Source: Haplodiscus bocki | Taxonomy: Eukaryota | Length of the DNA stretch: 64,000 bases | Direction: 5' to 3' | NCBI GenBank assembly: GCA_965655095.1 | Contig: OZ296652.1 | Coordinates: 71,362,001-71,426,000, forward strand | In this document: in pieces, positions 61,380-64,000 of the stretch | Numbering within the stretch: the first letter of the stretch is position 1 | Layout: every line of letters begins with the position of its first letter | Notes under the pieces: model-generated | The model's input: the letters and a program-made list of their open reading frames with translations, nothing else | Told to the model about the DNA's origin: nothing | The model's database searches: none | Program-made: the position numbers and the translations under genes

Positions 61380-64000
61380 CACTTAATTATACTCAACAAG
61401 TGATTACGCTAATCCTATATCCTCTTCTGCACAGGGGGTCCATTCTGATCGTACTGCATCCTGATTGGCGGACACAAATCAGAAAAATTAAACCTCTGTA
61501 TTAGCATCGTTAATTGAGCAAATATCGAGCAAAGATGGCTGACAACAATTTGATTACTTCCAAATGACTAGTATCACAAAAAATGCACGGGGTTAGGATA
61601 CGATTAATCACGGACACTTATGAATGAGCTTAGACTGTATCATTGAACACGAACTTTATACTGCGTTAGGACGTTATTCACTACTGCTGTTCCAGGTGTG
61701 GTGCTGGTATCACAAAACCTACACCGTGATAAAGCTATAACTAATTTTCACTCCCTGCACTATTATTAAAAAGTTGATGCTGGGTTAACTTGACGTGAAG
61801 TCGTTATGTTCGGATTTGGAAGACTTTCACTAACTTCACTGTGGGCACTTCATGAACGCTATCGTAGCACAGATTTCGTTAAATAGGACACAAATCGCGT
61901 TCGCAACAATTGGGAGGAAGTGATATGACATAATGGCTTTCATTTCGGTGTGTGACCAAAGAGCTGCCTAAATTGCTAGTGTACTAAGTTATTAAAAACA
62001 GTTTTAGATTTCATAGCATATGACATATTCTATTTGCATTTTCACATTTATGTAGGGTTTACATTTCCACCATACTGGCTTGACACTCATCCATAACGTC
62101 CATTCATGGCTGTTCATCGAAAATCATCCATGGCAATTGATTTCTCCTGGAAGAAGTTGCTTGAACATGGAAGATTATGAATGAGTCAGGGATATCCATT
62201 GAATCGTGGATTTTTATGCATGATTACATCTAATTTTCATGGATGTCAACTCAAGACACATGTCCGAAATTTCATTTGGAAAGAAAAATAATGTTTGATA
62301 AATATCAGGTATTCATTCTGACATTTTGTAGAAAAAACTAATCGTAGTCAAACTTAGTGAGGACTTGAAGAGAATCGGCACTGTAAATTTTATTTCCGTA
62401 GTTCGTAATATTCAACCGGTTATGTTTATGGGGTTGGAGTTTTTAATGAGAGTTCACCGAAAAACAATCTTGAACGTCTGTAAAAGAGTTGAACAACGAG
62501 AAACTTGCGAAAAAACTGTCTGTCAAAAAGGCAGTAGCGTTAAAACTAATTTGATTTAGGTGATGTCGCTCCTCCGTGATGGGGGTTCATTTTGCACTAC
62601 CATGTCGAAAAAACCAAAGCTGAAAAACACGTTTAATAATGTTTCAATGGTTCCAAATTGTGAAAAGTTTTTTCGATTAAGATGAATTTTTGAACAGGAA
62701 GCGGATTGGCACTGCGACTTTATTCGTGAATGGGACACAGAAGGGGTTGATCGAAAAACTATTCGCAAAAAGTTTAGTAAGAGACCCAATAAATTGAATG
62801 GAAGGTGACATGAAAAGAAAAAAATATGAATTGCAGATTTTGGTCGCTTGCGGCTACCAGGCTTCCCACTTAGTGCTTTTAAACTCAATACTTTTTTACG
62901 AAAGACCTGTCAAAAGTTTTTTATGGAAGAAATCAAACCTTTCGTGAGTACAACGGACTGGAACATCAATACTTAATGCACTTTTGGGCAACACCAGCTC
63001 ACTCGGATTCCAACGCAAGACGCAAAACTGATGGAGGTCTCTGCAAAAATGTTGCTAAATTTAGGAAACTGTCGATTTGAACTTTGACGGAAAAAGTCCA
63101 GGAATTATTGAAAATCTAGGCTTGAAGGATGCGGGAAATCAAAACCAACAGCACATTTGTTGCAATTTAGGCTTATCTGGACGCCGATGCATCAATTAGG
63201 AATACATATTTTCCCGAATGATTTTTCATAAAAAGAAAAAGATGGCCGACGAGATATTGATGGAATATTGCAAGCTCGTAACCCGGACGAAATAGGTGTT
63301 TCATTACCAGGAAGTAGCAGTATTTTTGCTTTTCTTGGAAATTCAGCCAATCAACATTCCCATTCCAGACGCAAAATCCGCGGTTGCTTAATGGAAAACC
63401 CTCTACTGGTAGAAAACTGATGATTGGGGCACTGATTGGCAAAATCTAGCCGTTAGATGCAGAGCAAATCGGGATTGAATATCATAAAAAATTTCAAATA
63501 AGTGCTAGTTTTGCTGCTCTAGATCTATCACCAAATCGATGAAAGATGCTCCAGTGCTGGTGTTAGCTCAAACAATAATGTTGATACATCTGAAAAACTG
63601 TTGATTAGAACCTGTAATTGATGGTTGTACTCCAGCTGGTGGTTATGGCCAAAGTTGAGTTAGGGAATAGAAAAAAATACCAAATTCTACCACCTAGGTC
63701 TTTCTTGATTCCGACGCAAGAAACACAATCGAGAATGCTGTAAAAGAGTCTCTGCAAGTAGTGATTGGTTGATTGTAACTTTCGGAGGTTTATTGCAGTC
63801 GGTGGCTACGGCACAAATTAGTAGCTTAAGTCTCACTGGAAACAATAGTCAAAGCAGATTCTGGCATTTTTGGTTTGGTGCGATTTTGATAAGAAGAGCA
63901 AAACAATTGATGTTTCTTCTGCACGATCTTTTACTTGAGAAAAACGTCTAACTGCTGGCTTTATGGAACATACCTTCAGATAGATAATATCAACTATAAA

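Noticed and set aside
61400-64000. Short ORFs right of the Polinton
   Set aside because: No recognisable motifs; likely intergenic or repeat-derived.

Overview
AT-rich, repeat-dense eukaryotic (probably invertebrate animal) genomic DNA with only one clearly intact host gene: an intronless, atypical class A GPCR (15755-16906, minus). Two large decayed virus-like elements dominate the window. (1) Bases 1-~13990 are the 3' part of an unusually complex Ty3/Gypsy LTR retroelement. Its pol carries a TARG1/OARD1-type macrodomain ahead of RT, RNase H and integrase. Downstream lie a cluster of small accessory ORFs, an env resembling chuvirus/class III fusion glycoproteins, a RING-less TRAF (coiled-coil+MATH) gene and a long putative LTR with further small ORFs. 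This envelope plus putative immune-antagonist cargo is the best candidate for an undescribed system. (2) Bases 43599-61379 are a full-length but pseudogenised Polinton/Maverick (adintovirus-like) with ~210-bp TIRs and a 6-bp TSD. It encodes pPolB, integrase, packaging ATPase, adenain protease, major capsid and two tandem minor capsid proteins, and appears to sit inside a solo LTR. The intervening DNA holds MITEs, a ~180-bp degenerate satellite, tRNA-derived heads, a (TA)n tract and old gypsy fragments. All protein assignments come from by-eye translation and remembered motifs; no database search was run, and boundaries of decayed genes are approximate.
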